Shown here one piece after another: positions 38,788 through 50,808 of a stretch of DNA of 64,000 bases; position 1 is the stretch's first letter; each line of letters starts with the position of its first letter. The DNA lies in NCBI GenBank assembly GCA_000433455.1, contig HF992500.1:32293-96292 (forward strand). Direction: 5' to 3'. This DNA is from Mycoplasma sp. CAG:877 (lineage in GTDB: Bacteria > Bacillota_I > Bacilli_A > RF39 > UBA660). The position numbers and the translations under genes are program-made. The notes below the pieces were generated by a model. That model was not told the origin of the DNA, made no database searches, and saw nothing but the letters and a program-made list of their open reading frames with translations.

Positions 38788-40875
38788 TTAACTTCCTTTC
38801 TCTACTTGTTCTATTGTAACTTTGTTTTCTTCATTTTTTTCTAATAAATTGAAGACAATTATGTCATTTGAAACATCTAGTAAGTTATTAGTGTATTCAG
38901 TATTTTTCTTTATTTCTTCTTCACTTATAGCTTCACCATTTAATGATAAGTACTCTACTTTTTGACTATTGTAATAAGCTTTATTTGTTACCCAGTTACC
39001 ATTAGGGAAACATACTATGTTACTACCTATTACATTAAATATATCATGTCCTAGTTGATATTCATTATAGAAACCAAACATATTACCAAGAGTTGGCATA
39101 GCATCATACATACCCATAACTTCTGTTACTTCCATGTTATACTTTGTTCCAGCCATATCTTTAGTCCAAATTATGAATGGTACTTTTCTACCTAATTCAT
39201 ATTGGTATGAATCATATTCTTTATAGTTTGGATCATCTTTACTTAGAATAGAATTTGTTTCTTTATCATAGTTATATAATAAGTCATAATCTTTTCTTGG
39301 AAGTCTTGCATCATGATCACCATATAATACTACTACTGTATTATCTAATAGACCATTAGCATCTAGGTCTTCAAATAATTGACCTAGAGCACTATCAGCA
39401 TAATGAACTGATTTAAAGTAATTTCCTAGTTTTGTTCCTTCCATATATGGATGAACTACCTCTCCTGTTGTACCATCTTCATTAGTAATTATTTCTTTCA
39501 TGTCAACGGCAAACTCACCATACTTTTCAGTATCTGAGAATGGTGTATGGTTAGTTAACATTATCATTAGACCATACCAGTTATCATACTTTTCATTTAT
39601 CTTTACTAGTTTTGGAATTGATTGTTTAAAGAATTCTTTGTCTGATAGTCCTAAACCAATAGTAGTTTCTGGAGTTACAGTATAATCTTTTTTACTATAG
39701 AATCTTTGATAACCTAGACTATTATGCATAGCACGACGATTCCAGAAGTCTGCATTATTGGCATGCATACTAAATGTGTAATAGCCTTGTTCACTTAATA
39801 ATTTTGGAATAGAATTATAAGTTCTGTCAGAGTATGAAACAAATGCTGTACCAGACTTAGTTGGCATTAGAGATGTAGAGAAAGTTAATTCTGTATCACT
39901 ACTTGTACCAACACTAACTTGTGAGAAATAATTTGAAAAATACATTCCTTCACTAGCTAGTTTGTTTAAGTTTGGACTTACCTCTTCACCATTAAATTCT
40001 AGACCTATTACATTATTTTGCATACTTTCAGCATGAATTACTAAAATATTTTTATTTTTAAATATACCAGTATATTCATTAGTTTTAGGTGTTTCTCTAT
40101 TAGCAAAGTAATCATTAAATGTTTTCTTAGCTTTATCATAACCAAACATTGAATTTAATTTTGGTTGAAGTGATGTTACTAAGTCGTTACTTTGATAAAT
40201 ATAAATACCAAATCTTGTAACTATATATTCTTTATTCCATTGTTTTACAAATCTTGAAACATCTAGAGATGTTAGAGTTACAATAAATAGACCTAATATT
40301 GCTGATCCTGAAATTAAAGTCCCAGTCATTTTCTTTTTACGGGTTGACTTTGACTCAATCTTTTTATAGTAGTTTTTCTTTTTTAGTTTAACATGGACAA
40401 AAATTAAAACAAGTGGTCCAATAACGTATACTAAGTCTTTTAACTGTAAAACATTTTCTACAACTGCATCTCCTACATCACCAATATATTGTGTTAGTGA
40501 TAACATTGATACTGATGCAAAAGATGAATAGAATGTATAATATACAGAGTTAATCATACATATAGCACTTAGGAATATATCCATTATTAGGTAATATGTA
40601 AACCTATTTTTAGGATGGCATAAGTAACCAAATGAACCTAAAATTACTATTACAGCTAAGTCTCCCATAATAGCTTTTATTGACAAATAATTAGCCATTG
40701 AATGAATACAGAAGAATCTTAACATAGTAGCATTTACTAAACAAGTTATTACATATACTAAGAATAATTGATTGTTCTTTATATATTCCCTAATAATATG
40801 ATTTTCCTTGGCTTTAGTTATTGAGTTTTTTACTTTTTTCATTGTATTTTTTAATCTAAATTTAATTCTCTTCAT
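38788..40875 (-). CDS. ltaS: Lipoteichoic acid synthase family protein (LtaS; sulfatase-fold phosphoglycerol transferase)
   Basis: Five N-terminal TM helices plus an extracellular sulfatase domain (ILVIHAESMQN, SQVSVGTSSDTELT, YGDHD). Confidence 0.9.
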   Translation of the reverse strand: MKRIKFRLKNTMKKVKNSITKAKENHIIREYIKNNQLFLVYVITCLVNATMLRFFCIHSMANYLSIKAIMGDLAVIVILGSFGYLCHPKNRFTYYLIMDIFLSAICMINSVYYTFYSSFASVSMLSLTQYIGDVGDAVVENVLQLKDLVYVIGPLVLIFVHVKLKKKNYYKKIESKSTRKKKMTGTLISGSAILGLFIVTLTSLDVSRFVKQWNKEYIVTRFGIYIYQSNDLVTSLQPKLNSMFGYDKAKKTFNDYFANRETPKTNEYTGIFKNKNILVIHAESMQNNVIGLEFNGEEVSPNLNKLASEGMYFSNYFSQVSVGTSSDTELTFSTSLMPTKSGTAFVSYSDRTYNSIPKLLSEQGYYTFSMHANNADFWNRRAMHNSLGYQRFYSKKDYTVTPETTIGLGLSDKEFFKQSIPKLVKINEKYDNWYGLMIMLTNHTPFSDTEKYGEFAVDMKEIITNEDGTTGEVVHPYMEGTKLGNYFKSVHYADSALGQLFEDLDANGLLDNTVVVLYGDHDARLPRKDYDLLYNYDKETNSILSKDDPNYKEYDSYQYELGRKVPFIIWTKDMAGTKYNMEVTEVMGMYDAMPTLGNMFGFYNEYQLGHDIFNVIGSNIVCFPNGNWVTNKAYYNSQKVEYLSLNGEAISEEEIKKNTEYTNNLLDVSNDIIVFNLLEKNEENKVTIEQVEKGS

Positions 40876-40896
40876 ATTTCAACCTCACTAGTATAT

Positions 40897-40925
40897 ATTA
40901 TAGCATTATGATTAGTTTTTTTCAA
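40897..40925 (-). promoter_or_regulatory. Sigma-A type promoter TTGAAA-N17-TATAAT with TGn extension, for ltaS
   Basis: Read on the minus strand, just downstream of the yihY terminator. Confidence 0.55.
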
Positions 40926-40971
40926 TCTATGTAATTATATTAGGCAACAGAGTTGATATTTTTGTATTAAA

Positions 40972-41002
40972 GAAGAAAAAGTACTGTTTTTTAGTCAGTA
41001 CT
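40972..41002 (-). terminator. Terminator of the yihY-like gene
   Basis: Stem agtactg / cagtact, followed on the minus strand by TTTTTCTTCTTT. Confidence 0.6.
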
Positions 41003-41836
41003 CTCTTTTAAATAATTTTTTTCATTTTGATAACTACCAGCATTTATTACTAATCCTAAGACAAATATATAAGATAGCATATATACCCATAGTAATAAAA
41101 TTATAATATTAGAAATACTTCCATAAAAAATATCATATTTAGTAAATGTATCTAGGTAAAATGAATATATTTCTGAACATAATATCCAACTTATTGTAGT
41201 AAAGATAGAACCTTTAGTAGTAGTTCTACTTCCTATCTCTTCATCTGGTGCTATTACGTATATTAGTTTAATATTAAAATAAATTATAATGATACTTATT
41301 GGATACTTTAATAGCTTGTATATTCTATATAATAGTTCTACTGTTACAGAATTATCAAATGATGTACGTAATAAATTAAATATACTATCTCCAAATACTG
41401 GTATTACTAGTAAGAAGAACATTACTTCTACTAGGATTAGAGTCATTAGAATAGCTTTTACTCGACGACTTATAACATCTTTTGGTTTTATTTTATATAT
41501 TTCATTTGACGCTACTATGATTGAATGAGTACCATTTGATGCTAGAAGGAAAGCTGAGAAAAAGAATACTCCTATGTTAAAGCTTAAACCTTTACCAGAG
41601 ATTATTCCTTTGATAAAGTCTTCTACTCCTGAAGGAATAGAAATATTTAGCGCATTTTTTACTATTTCTAAAGAAATAGAAAATTTAGTTGCTAGAGCTC
41701 CTAGAAGAGCTACTATTGGAATAAGGGATAAGACAAAGAAAAAAGCGAGATTTCCAGGTAAAATTCTCATCTCAGGCTTTTTAATTAAATTAATTACTTT
41801 CCTTAAGAAACCTTTTGCTCGCTCCATTCTTATCAA
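40991..41836 (-). CDS. YihY/BrkB (ribonuclease BN-like) family membrane protein
   Basis: 281 aa with six TM helices. N-terminal RILPGNLAFFFVLSLIPIVALL is typical for YihY. Confidence 0.85.
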   Translation of the reverse strand: MIRMERAKGFLRKVINLIKKPEMRILPGNLAFFFVLSLIPIVALLGALATKFSISLEIVKNALNISIPSGVEDFIKGIISGKGLSFNIGVFFFSAFLLASNGTHSIIVASNEIYKIKPKDVISRRVKAILMTLILVEVMFFLLVIPVFGDSIFNLLRTSFDNSVTVELLYRIYKLLKYPISIIIIYFNIKLIYVIAPDEEIGSRTTTKGSIFTTISWILCSEIYSFYLDTFTKYDIFYGSISNIIILLLWVYMLSYIFVLGLVINAGSYQNEKNYLKESTD

Positions 41837-41840
41837 CCTC

Positions 41841-43883
41841 TTATTTTAAATCTTCTTTATTTGCTATCATTTGGATTGTTGCTTCATTTATAGCGTCATC
41901 TAGAGTTTTGATTTTATCTAGAATCATACTATAACCTACTGCTCCACCAAATTCATGTGGTAAACCTTTCATTTCTTTAGCAATTTTCTTAGTATAAGTT
42001 TCTACTTGTCTTTCACTATAACCAACTAAGTAAATTAAGAATTCATTACCATCGGTACGCATGATTTCGCTGTTTTCTAATTGAGTATTTACTAAAATTC
42101 CTGCGGCTTTTATGATTAATTGGTCTCCTTCTTCATGACCAAAATTATCATTAACATATTTTACATTATTTAAATCTACCATTACTATTGCTTGTGGGAA
42201 TACATTACATTCTTCCCATTCAGGCATTTTAGCATTTAAGTAGTTTCTATTCTTTAATGATGTAAGCATATCAGTATATTTGTGTCTTTCACTTGTCTTT
42301 ACTTTCTTTACTTTTCTCTTTTTCTTTAGAATTAAGTAAGCAACTAAAAGTACTGCTAGTGGAATAAAGACAATTGCTAAAACTATAGTGTATACTTGTT
42401 GGAATGTTGAACCTTCTAGAATTGAAGCATGTAAGTTTTCAATTCCAGCATTTCTGTAATTATAATATGAATTAGTATTAATAATGTAATTAAATAAGTC
42501 ATAGAAGGCTTCATTATTCTTTTTAACCATGAATTTATAATCATTTAACATATTATCTAAATATAATAAGTTAAAGTCTTTAAACTTAGTTGTTTGATAA
42601 TTATTATAAATTTCTCTATCTAAAACTATTAGTTTATTACCAGCATTCTTTAATAATTTATCAATAGTGTCGTAACCTTTTATATTAGCACGTGAATTAG
42701 TTGAGAAATAGTTATATAGTGAATCTTCTTTTAACATAACTAAGTCTTGACCTTTTAGACTTTCAAATGAGTTAACAATATGATTATCTTTTTGGTATCC
42801 TAATACAACGTATTGTTCTATAAATGTTGATAAGGTTGCATAGTATTTATCGTTGTTGTAGTTATAATAATCAAAGTAAACATCTATTTCACCTTTATCA
42901 ATAGCTTTTTGTAATTCTTCTTTTGTTTTATATTCTTTATACTTAAAGTTAATATCAGCTAAACGAGCAATACGTTCGATGTATTCTCCAGCTATACCAG
43001 CTAATTTTCCATTTACTAATACTTCATATGGAGTATTAGAAACAAAACCATAAGTATAGTTTTTAGATATTAGGGAAGATTTTTCTTTAGCACTTAGATT
43101 ATTCTTTAATAAGTAATAGTCTAAGTAAGCTTTATTATATTCTTTTGTGTAGGCAGTTAAACGCCATTTGTTATAATACTTTGTTACAATTTTGTTTAGT
43201 TCTTTATTATCATCACTTAGAGTTAGAACTATTTGTTTTTTCATCTCTGTTAAGTAATAATTAATGAAGTACTTGTCTTTTTCAATTGTATAATCTAAGT
43301 ACATAATGTTTGGTACTACTATCATATTTACTTCATCATTATCTAAAGCTGTATATAAGCTTGTAATATCTTTATAAGATTTATATGATAAGTTGTTTCC
43401 ACCTTTTAAGTAGTAACTTATTTCATCGGCGTCTTCTTCAAAAACTCCAAAGATAGTATTACGCATATCTTTAGTACTATTAATTCTTTCGTATGTTTTT
43501 CCAACTACAATATAATTATCATTAAATAAGAATAAGTTATTTTCTTTTAAAGTTGCATCATTATTTAATATTTCAATGCGATAACTATTAGTTGAAGGTG
43601 TAGATGCTTTTAAGTATGGAATTTTATTGAATTCAATACCAACATTTTTTTGGAAGTCATCTAAGAAGTTAAAAACTACTCCTTCACCATTCATTCCATA
43701 TAATGGATAGTCATTTACTACTTCAAAATCATAAGTTTTATCTTTATTTTTTTGAACCCATCTTTTCTCAGATACAGTTAGAGTTGTAGTTTTATCTTCT
43801 TTATTATAATGACGATAAACTACAACAAATAGAAAACTTGCGATTAGAAGTGGAATTAGAATTATTAAAAATTTCTTTTTCAT
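41841..43883 (-). CDS. Membrane sensor: two extracytoplasmic solute-binding-protein-like domains + TM + degenerate GGDEF domain (DGNEF)
   Basis: N-terminal TM, ~470-aa extracytoplasmic region and a second TM (VLAIVFIPLAVLLVAYLIL). C-terminal GGDEF fold has LTSLKNRNYL and VMVDLNNVKYVNDNFGHEEGDQLI, but the active-site motif reads RTDGNEF. Confidence 0.8.
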   Translation of the reverse strand: MKKKFLIILIPLLIASFLFVVVYRHYNKEDKTTTLTVSEKRWVQKNKDKTYDFEVVNDYPLYGMNGEGVVFNFLDDFQKNVGIEFNKIPYLKASTPSTNSYRIEILNNDATLKENNLFLFNDNYIVVGKTYERINSTKDMRNTIFGVFEEDADEISYYLKGGNNLSYKSYKDITSLYTALDNDEVNMIVVPNIMYLDYTIEKDKYFINYYLTEMKKQIVLTLSDDNKELNKIVTKYYNKWRLTAYTKEYNKAYLDYYLLKNNLSAKEKSSLISKNYTYGFVSNTPYEVLVNGKLAGIAGEYIERIARLADINFKYKEYKTKEELQKAIDKGEIDVYFDYYNYNNDKYYATLSTFIEQYVVLGYQKDNHIVNSFESLKGQDLVMLKEDSLYNYFSTNSRANIKGYDTIDKLLKNAGNKLIVLDREIYNNYQTTKFKDFNLLYLDNMLNDYKFMVKKNNEAFYDLFNYIINTNSYYNYRNAGIENLHASILEGSTFQQVYTIVLAIVFIPLAVLLVAYLILKKKRKVKKVKTSERHKYTDMLTSLKNRNYLNAKMPEWEECNVFPQAIVMVDLNNVKYVNDNFGHEEGDQLIIKAAGILVNTQLENSEIMRTDGNEFLIYLVGYSERQVETYTKKIAKEMKGLPHEFGGAVGYSMILDKIKTLDDAINEATIQMIANKEDLK

Positions 43884-44344
43884 TCGGCACTTCCTGTTCT
43901 ATCTTTTGTCCATGTAATACTGTCCTTGCTATGATGACGGTATCCAATAATTGGAAATTCTTCTGATTCTGAATCTTTAGTTATGAATACTTGGAAATCA
44001 TAGTACTTCTTTTCTGCATCACTAAATACTTCTAAAGCTTTATCTCCGTAACCTTTAGCTACTTCTAAAGATACATCTGATGAAACTGTAAGTATTATTT
44101 CAACAGTTTTTCCAGAAATACGAGAAGATACTTTAGTAACAGATTCTTCCTTTAATTTATCTTCAATACTTGCTAGTGTTTTATTAGATATTTTTACTTT
44201 ATCAATACCATCTAGACGATCTCCATAGATTGCTTTACCTGTATTTGGAAATAAAGCATTTTTTACTGGAATTAATAATATTACAAGTAATAGAAAAATT
44301 CCTATCGCTATAAACATCTTTTTATTTTTTTCAATATATTTCAT
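43880..44344 (-). CDS. Hypothetical membrane-anchored protein
   Basis: N-terminal anchor MFIAIGIFLLLVILLIPV. 4-nt overlap with the downstream GGDEF gene. Confidence 0.5.
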   Translation of the reverse strand: MKYIEKNKKMFIAIGIFLLLVILLIPVKNALFPNTGKAIYGDRLDGIDKVKISNKTLASIEDKLKEESVTKVSSRISGKTVEIILTVSSDVSLEVAKGYGDKALEVFSDAEKKYYDFQVFITKDSESEEFPIIGYRHHSKDSITWTKDRTGSAE

Positions 44345-44366
44345 ATCATCACATCCTAGTATTTTA

Positions 44367-44395
44367 ATTATACATCATATATGTACCTTTTTCAA
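44367..44395 (-). promoter_or_regulatory. Sigma-A type promoter TTGAAA-N17-TATAAT upstream of the 154-aa / GGDEF / yihY unit
   Basis: Read on the minus strand in the gatB-downstream gap. Confidence 0.5.
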
Positions 44396-44436
44396 TTAGC
44401 AAATTATTGTTAGGTACTTTGACTTTTACTTAATAA

Positions 44437-45858
44437 TTATTGTAATTCTTCTATAAGTATATTCATGGCTAATTTAGGATTTGCACTACCCTTTGTTTCT
44501 TTCATTACTTGACCCATTAAGAATTTAATGGCACGGTCATGACCATTTTTGTAGTCAGTAACACTTTCACTATTTTCAGAAACAATCTTTTTAATTATTT
44601 CTCTTAGAGCAGTATCATCTGTTATATTTTCAATACCTGATTCTTTAATAATTTCAGAGATTGATTTATCTTCTTCTAGAACTTTATCTAAAATATCTTT
44701 TAAGTTTTTACTAGTTAAAGTATTATCAGATATTTTATTTACTAACTCTACCATACGTTCTTTAGTTAGAGTGGTATTTGTAATTGCTTTTTCATTTTTA
44801 TTTAAGTAAGCGGAAATATCACCTAAAAGTAAGTTACTAGCGATTTTAAAATCTATATCTTCAGTTAATAGAGTATTAAAATAGTCACTTAATGACTTGT
44901 TTTGAACAAGTTTTTTGGCATTAATTTCAGATACATTCTTTTCTATGTAAAGACTTCTTCTTTCATCAGGTAACATTTCGATAGTGTTTCTTACCTCTTC
45001 GATCATGGTATCTGTTAAATATAAGTATGGAATGTCTGGTTCTGGGAAATAACGATAGTCATTACCAGTTTCCTTAATACGCATTAGGACTGTATCGCCA
45101 AGTTTATCATCATAACGTCTAGTTTGTTCTTTAAAAGTTTCACCTTTTTCTAATAGTTCAGTTTGGCGGATAATTTCTTTTTCAATACTTATACCAACAT
45201 TAGAAATTGAACCAATATTTTTGATTTCACATTTAGTTCCGAATGGATCTGTTTCATTTTTTCTAATTGATACGTTGGCATCACAACGCATTGAACCTTC
45301 TTCCATTTTACAATCACTTATATCAGTATAGAATAGTAGTTCTTTTAGTTTTTCTAGATATAGTTTGGCTTCAGTACTACTACTGATACATGGTTTAGTT
45401 ACTATTTCAATTAGTGGAACTCCGGCTCTATTGAAGTCTAGAAGAGTTTTGTCACCTCGATGAGTACTCTTACAAGTATCTTCTTCAATATGCATTTCTT
45501 CTATTTCAATTTTCTTTTTTGTTCCATCGACTTCTATTTCTACATAACCGTCATAACCAATTGGAGTTCTAGCTTGAGTAATTTGGAAGTTTTTAGGATT
45601 GTCTGGATAGAAGTAATTTTTTCTATCAAAGTGCATTTCTTTTCTTATTTTACAATTTAAAACACAAGCTGCTTTTATAGCTAGATTTACGACTTCTTTA
45701 TTTAATGTTGGTAATGTACCTGGATAACCTAAGTCAACTACATTAGTCAAAGAATTAGCCATTTGACCATATCCGTTTAGGGAGTTTGAAAATATTTTAG
45801 TATTTGTCTTTAATTCTACATGGACTTCGATACCAATTGTTGGAATGTAATTAGTCAT
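44437..45858 (-). CDS. gatB: Asp/Glu-tRNA(Asn/Gln) amidotransferase subunit B
   Basis: YIPTIGIEVHVEL, NRAGVPLIEIV and MRCDANVS are classic GatB motifs. I start at ATG 45858 (SD GGAGGTG), which overlaps the gatA stop as ATGACTAA. Confidence 0.97.
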   Translation of the reverse strand: MTNYIPTIGIEVHVELKTNTKIFSNSLNGYGQMANSLTNVVDLGYPGTLPTLNKEVVNLAIKAACVLNCKIRKEMHFDRKNYFYPDNPKNFQITQARTPIGYDGYVEIEVDGTKKKIEIEEMHIEEDTCKSTHRGDKTLLDFNRAGVPLIEIVTKPCISSSTEAKLYLEKLKELLFYTDISDCKMEEGSMRCDANVSIRKNETDPFGTKCEIKNIGSISNVGISIEKEIIRQTELLEKGETFKEQTRRYDDKLGDTVLMRIKETGNDYRYFPEPDIPYLYLTDTMIEEVRNTIEMLPDERRSLYIEKNVSEINAKKLVQNKSLSDYFNTLLTEDIDFKIASNLLLGDISAYLNKNEKAITNTTLTKERMVELVNKISDNTLTSKNLKDILDKVLEEDKSISEIIKESGIENITDDTALREIIKKIVSENSESVTDYKNGHDRAIKFLMGQVMKETKGSANPKLAMNILIEELQ

Positions 45859-47308
45859 GTTTTTCACCTCCATTAGGATTTAAGTCTAAATTTAGTTCTT
45901 TTTCTACGAAACTAGCTAGTTGATACATCTTTGCTTCTTCAAATGGAGCACCAATTATTTGCATACCGATTGGTAAGTTTTCGCTGTTAAAGCCAATTGG
46001 GATACTCATACCTGGAAGTCCGGCCATATTTACTGGTATAGTTAGGACATCATCCATAAATGATTTTATAGCATCATCTAGACCTTTATCTAGTTCATAA
46101 GCAACTGTTGTGTTGTTTGGGCCAATGACTAAGTCGTAGTTTTTAAATGTTTCTAAGAAACTCTTACGCATATCATCTCTTATTTCTAGGGCTTTGTTGT
46201 AATATAGTTTAGCATTTTTACCAGATAATAAATAACTACCAATCATGATACGTCTTTTTACTTCGTCACCAAAACCAATTTTTCTAGTTTTTAGATATAA
46301 GTCTTCGATATCTTTAGGATTTTCATAACTGTAACCGTAACGAATACCGTCAAATCTGGCTAAGTTAGAACTAGCCTCACCCATAGCAATAATTTGATAT
46401 AGGGGAACGGCTTTATCGATATAATTTATATCAACATAGTCGATTGTACAGTTATGTTTCTTTAGTATTTCGATTACTTCATTTAATTTATCTTTTATTT
46501 CTTTATCAATAGCATTACTTACATAGAAGTTTGGAATTGCTATTTTCATGCCATCTATTTTTTCGCCAATTAGTCTTGTAAAATCTTCATTAGTTTCAAC
46601 AGATGTTAAGTCTTTTTCACTTTTTCCACAGATTGTGTTTAAAAGTACTGCATTTTCATAAACATTTTTAGTCATAGGACCGATTTGATCTAGACTTGAG
46701 CCGAAAGCAATTAGTCCATAACGTGATACACGACCATAAGTTGGCTTTAGTCCTACTATGCCACAGAAAGAGGCTGGTTGTCTAATAGAACCACCTGTAT
46801 CTGTTCCTAAGGCAAAAGGTATAATTCGCTTACTTACAGCAGCAGCACTTCCTCCAGATGATCCACCTGGTACTCTTGTTTCATTCCAAGGATTTTTTAC
46901 TGGTCCAAAGAAAGATGTTCTATTAGATGAACCCATGGCGAACTCGTCCATGTTAGTCTTACCAATAATAATCATATTAGCAGCTTTTATTCTTTCGACA
47001 ACATCGGCATCATAGATTGGGTCAAAATTTTCTAGAATTTTAGAAGCAGCAGTTGTACGTAGTCCTTTAGTTAGAATATTATCTTTTAGAGCTATTGGAA
47101 TACCAAATGTTAGAGAATCTACTTCTTTATTTTCTAATTCTTCGGCTTGTTTTAAGGCCTCTTCTTTATTTAGAGTAATAAAGCAGTTTAAGTCTTTGTT
47201 ACTTTCAATTCTTTCAAAGGCTTCTTCTACTAAGTCTTTAGGTGTAATCTTTTTTTCTTTTAATAATTTATTAATTTCAATTAATGATAAATCTAAATAA
47301 TTATGCAC
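45851..47308 (-). CDS. gatA: Asp/Glu-tRNA(Asn/Gln) amidotransferase subunit A
   Basis: Amidase signature GGSSGGSAAAV...GTDTGGSIRQPASFCG. Confidence 0.97.
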   Translation of the reverse strand: MHNYLDLSLIEINKLLKEKKITPKDLVEEAFERIESNKDLNCFITLNKEEALKQAEELENKEVDSLTFGIPIALKDNILTKGLRTTAASKILENFDPIYDADVVERIKAANMIIIGKTNMDEFAMGSSNRTSFFGPVKNPWNETRVPGGSSGGSAAAVSKRIIPFALGTDTGGSIRQPASFCGIVGLKPTYGRVSRYGLIAFGSSLDQIGPMTKNVYENAVLLNTICGKSEKDLTSVETNEDFTRLIGEKIDGMKIAIPNFYVSNAIDKEIKDKLNEVIEILKKHNCTIDYVDINYIDKAVPLYQIIAMGEASSNLARFDGIRYGYSYENPKDIEDLYLKTRKIGFGDEVKRRIMIGSYLLSGKNAKLYYNKALEIRDDMRKSFLETFKNYDLVIGPNNTTVAYELDKGLDDAIKSFMDDVLTIPVNMAGLPGMSIPIGFNSENLPIGMQIIGAPFEEAKMYQLASFVEKELNLDLNPNGGEKHD

Positions 47309-47615
47309 TCATACCACCCTTTTCACTTATTACTACTGGAACAGAAATATAGTTTCCACTATGACGAGGAGCATTTTTTAGAACCTCTTTAGGATTTAGC
47401 ATTTCTCCAGCTACATCATCACGTAAAACACATTTATTTTCAGTTGGACAAATTAACATATCTTCGTCGTATACTTTTACTTCATTTATTTTTTCTATTT
47501 CATTTAAAAGTTTTTTTAATTTTACTTGATACATGGCTATTTCTTCTTCATCTATTTCAATTCTGGCTAGATGAGCAACATGTAAGACTTCTTCTCTTGA
47601 TAATTTATCTTCCAT
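47301..47615 (-). CDS. gatC: Asp/Glu-tRNA(Asn/Gln) amidotransferase subunit C
   Basis: 104 aa with LSREEVLHVAHLARIEIDEEE. Position directly upstream of gatA. Confidence 0.93.
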   Translation of the reverse strand: MEDKLSREEVLHVAHLARIEIDEEEIAMYQVKLKKLLNEIEKINEVKVYDEDMLICPTENKCVLRDDVAGEMLNPKEVLKNAPRHSGNYISVPVVISEKGGMSA

Positions 47616-47641
47616 ACAGAAAGACCTCCTTTAACTTTATT

Positions 47642-47670
47642 ATTATATCATGGATATTTTAAGATGTAAA
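47642..47670 (-). promoter_or_regulatory. Sigma-A type promoter TTTACA-N17-TATAAT (TGa extended) for gatCAB
   Basis: Read on the minus strand, between a terminator and the gatC SD AAAGGAGG. Confidence 0.55.
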
Positions 47671-47683
47671 TTTTTAGTAAGTA

Positions 47684-47711
47684 AGAAAAACAAATGCTAC
47701 TGGAGCACTTG
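47684..47711 (-). terminator. Terminator upstream of the gatCAB promoter
   Basis: On the minus strand CAAGUGCU / AGCAUUUG (8 bp with one G-U pair), followed by a U-run. Confidence 0.6.
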
Positions 47712-47713
47712 TA

Positions 47714-48535
47714 TTATTCTGCAAAACAGTCATTTATATATAATGTATTAGGACTTTTTTCGCTACTTTGTTTATAGTTACTTACTGAACCAATTATGGT
47801 TACTTTTTGGTCTTTGGAAAATTCTTTTTTCTCAGAGTCTTTTGACATTTTACAAACAATATTTAGTGTATAGGCACCATCTGGATCAGTATAACCAAAT
47901 GTTAATTTCTTTTTGTCATAACTTATAAAGTCTCCTGTTACACGTAAGAACTTTTTATTATATTTTTGATAAGTTTCTACAGGATTATTTTTATATTCAA
48001 TGGCTAAGTCTAGTGCAGATATTTCAGTTGGTTCAACATTATATGGCATTGACCAAGTACCAATTTCTGTATCTCTTCTTCCTTGTAATTGGTTATATTT
48101 TATTACTTTGTAGCCAAGTCCATAATATACTTTGGTACTACCATCTTTTAAAGTAGCAGTTTTTATAGCAAAGTATGGACCACGATTATATCTTGAAACT
48201 GATATTATATCTACCGTTACCATAATCATTAGAATTATAAGTGTATAGAAAATGATATTTAAAATTTTAGTTAGTTTAGTTTTTTGATACTTATGACTTT
48301 TTTTATTAGTTAGTTCATAGTCATCTAAATTGTCATTATCGGTGTTATTGTCATATGAAGGCTCATCATATGAATTGTCATCATCTTCAATTATTTCGTA
48401 TTCATCGATGTTATCTAAGTCCATAGACTCATCATAATCTTCATAGGTTATTTCTTCTAAATCTTCTAACTGTTTGTTTTCATGATATTCATCGGCTTTT
48501 ATTGCTTTAATGCCCTTTTTACCTCTTTTTAACAT
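47714..48535 (-). CDS. Hypothetical membrane protein: acidic N-terminus, one TM, C-terminal OB-fold (tRNA_anti-like) type domain
   Basis: Asp/Glu/Asn-rich first 80 aa, then TM ILNIIFYTLIILMIMVTVDIISV. The C-terminus (YQKYNKKFLRVTGDFISYD...VTIIGSVSNYK...LYINDC) resembles the tRNA_anti-like OB domain pattern. Confidence 0.5.
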   Translation of the reverse strand: MLKRGKKGIKAIKADEYHENKQLEDLEEITYEDYDESMDLDNIDEYEIIEDDDNSYDEPSYDNNTDNDNLDDYELTNKKSHKYQKTKLTKILNIIFYTLIILMIMVTVDIISVSRYNRGPYFAIKTATLKDGSTKVYYGLGYKVIKYNQLQGRRDTEIGTWSMPYNVEPTEISALDLAIEYKNNPVETYQKYNKKFLRVTGDFISYDKKKLTFGYTDPDGAYTLNIVCKMSKDSEKKEFSKDQKVTIIGSVSNYKQSSEKSPNTLYINDCFAE

Positions 48536-48563
48536 GCAACCATCTCCTCAGTTTTGTTGATAT

Positions 48564-48592
48564 ATAATACCATTTTTTTATTAAATAGTCAA
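48564..48592 (-). promoter_or_regulatory. Sigma-A type promoter TTGACT-N17-TATTAT for the 273-aa membrane/OB protein gene
   Basis: Read on the minus strand, downstream of the ligA terminator. Confidence 0.5.
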
Positions 48593-48633
48593 TTTTTTAT
48601 AGTGGTCAACTACTGATTTCTTGTCTTAAAATA

Positions 48634-48661
48634 AAACTGGACCTTTTTTAAATTCCAGTTT
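48634..48661 (-). terminator. Terminator of ligA
   Basis: Stem aaactgga / tccagttt (8 bp), loop 12 nt, with A/T-runs on both sides. Confidence 0.6.
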
Positions 48662-48706
48662 TTCATCTTTTCAATTTTATTTAATATATTATTTTTGATG
48701 ATAAGT

Positions 48707-50788
<2,082 letters not shown>

Positions 50789-50808
50789 TCATTTTTGCTT
50801 TTTATTAA

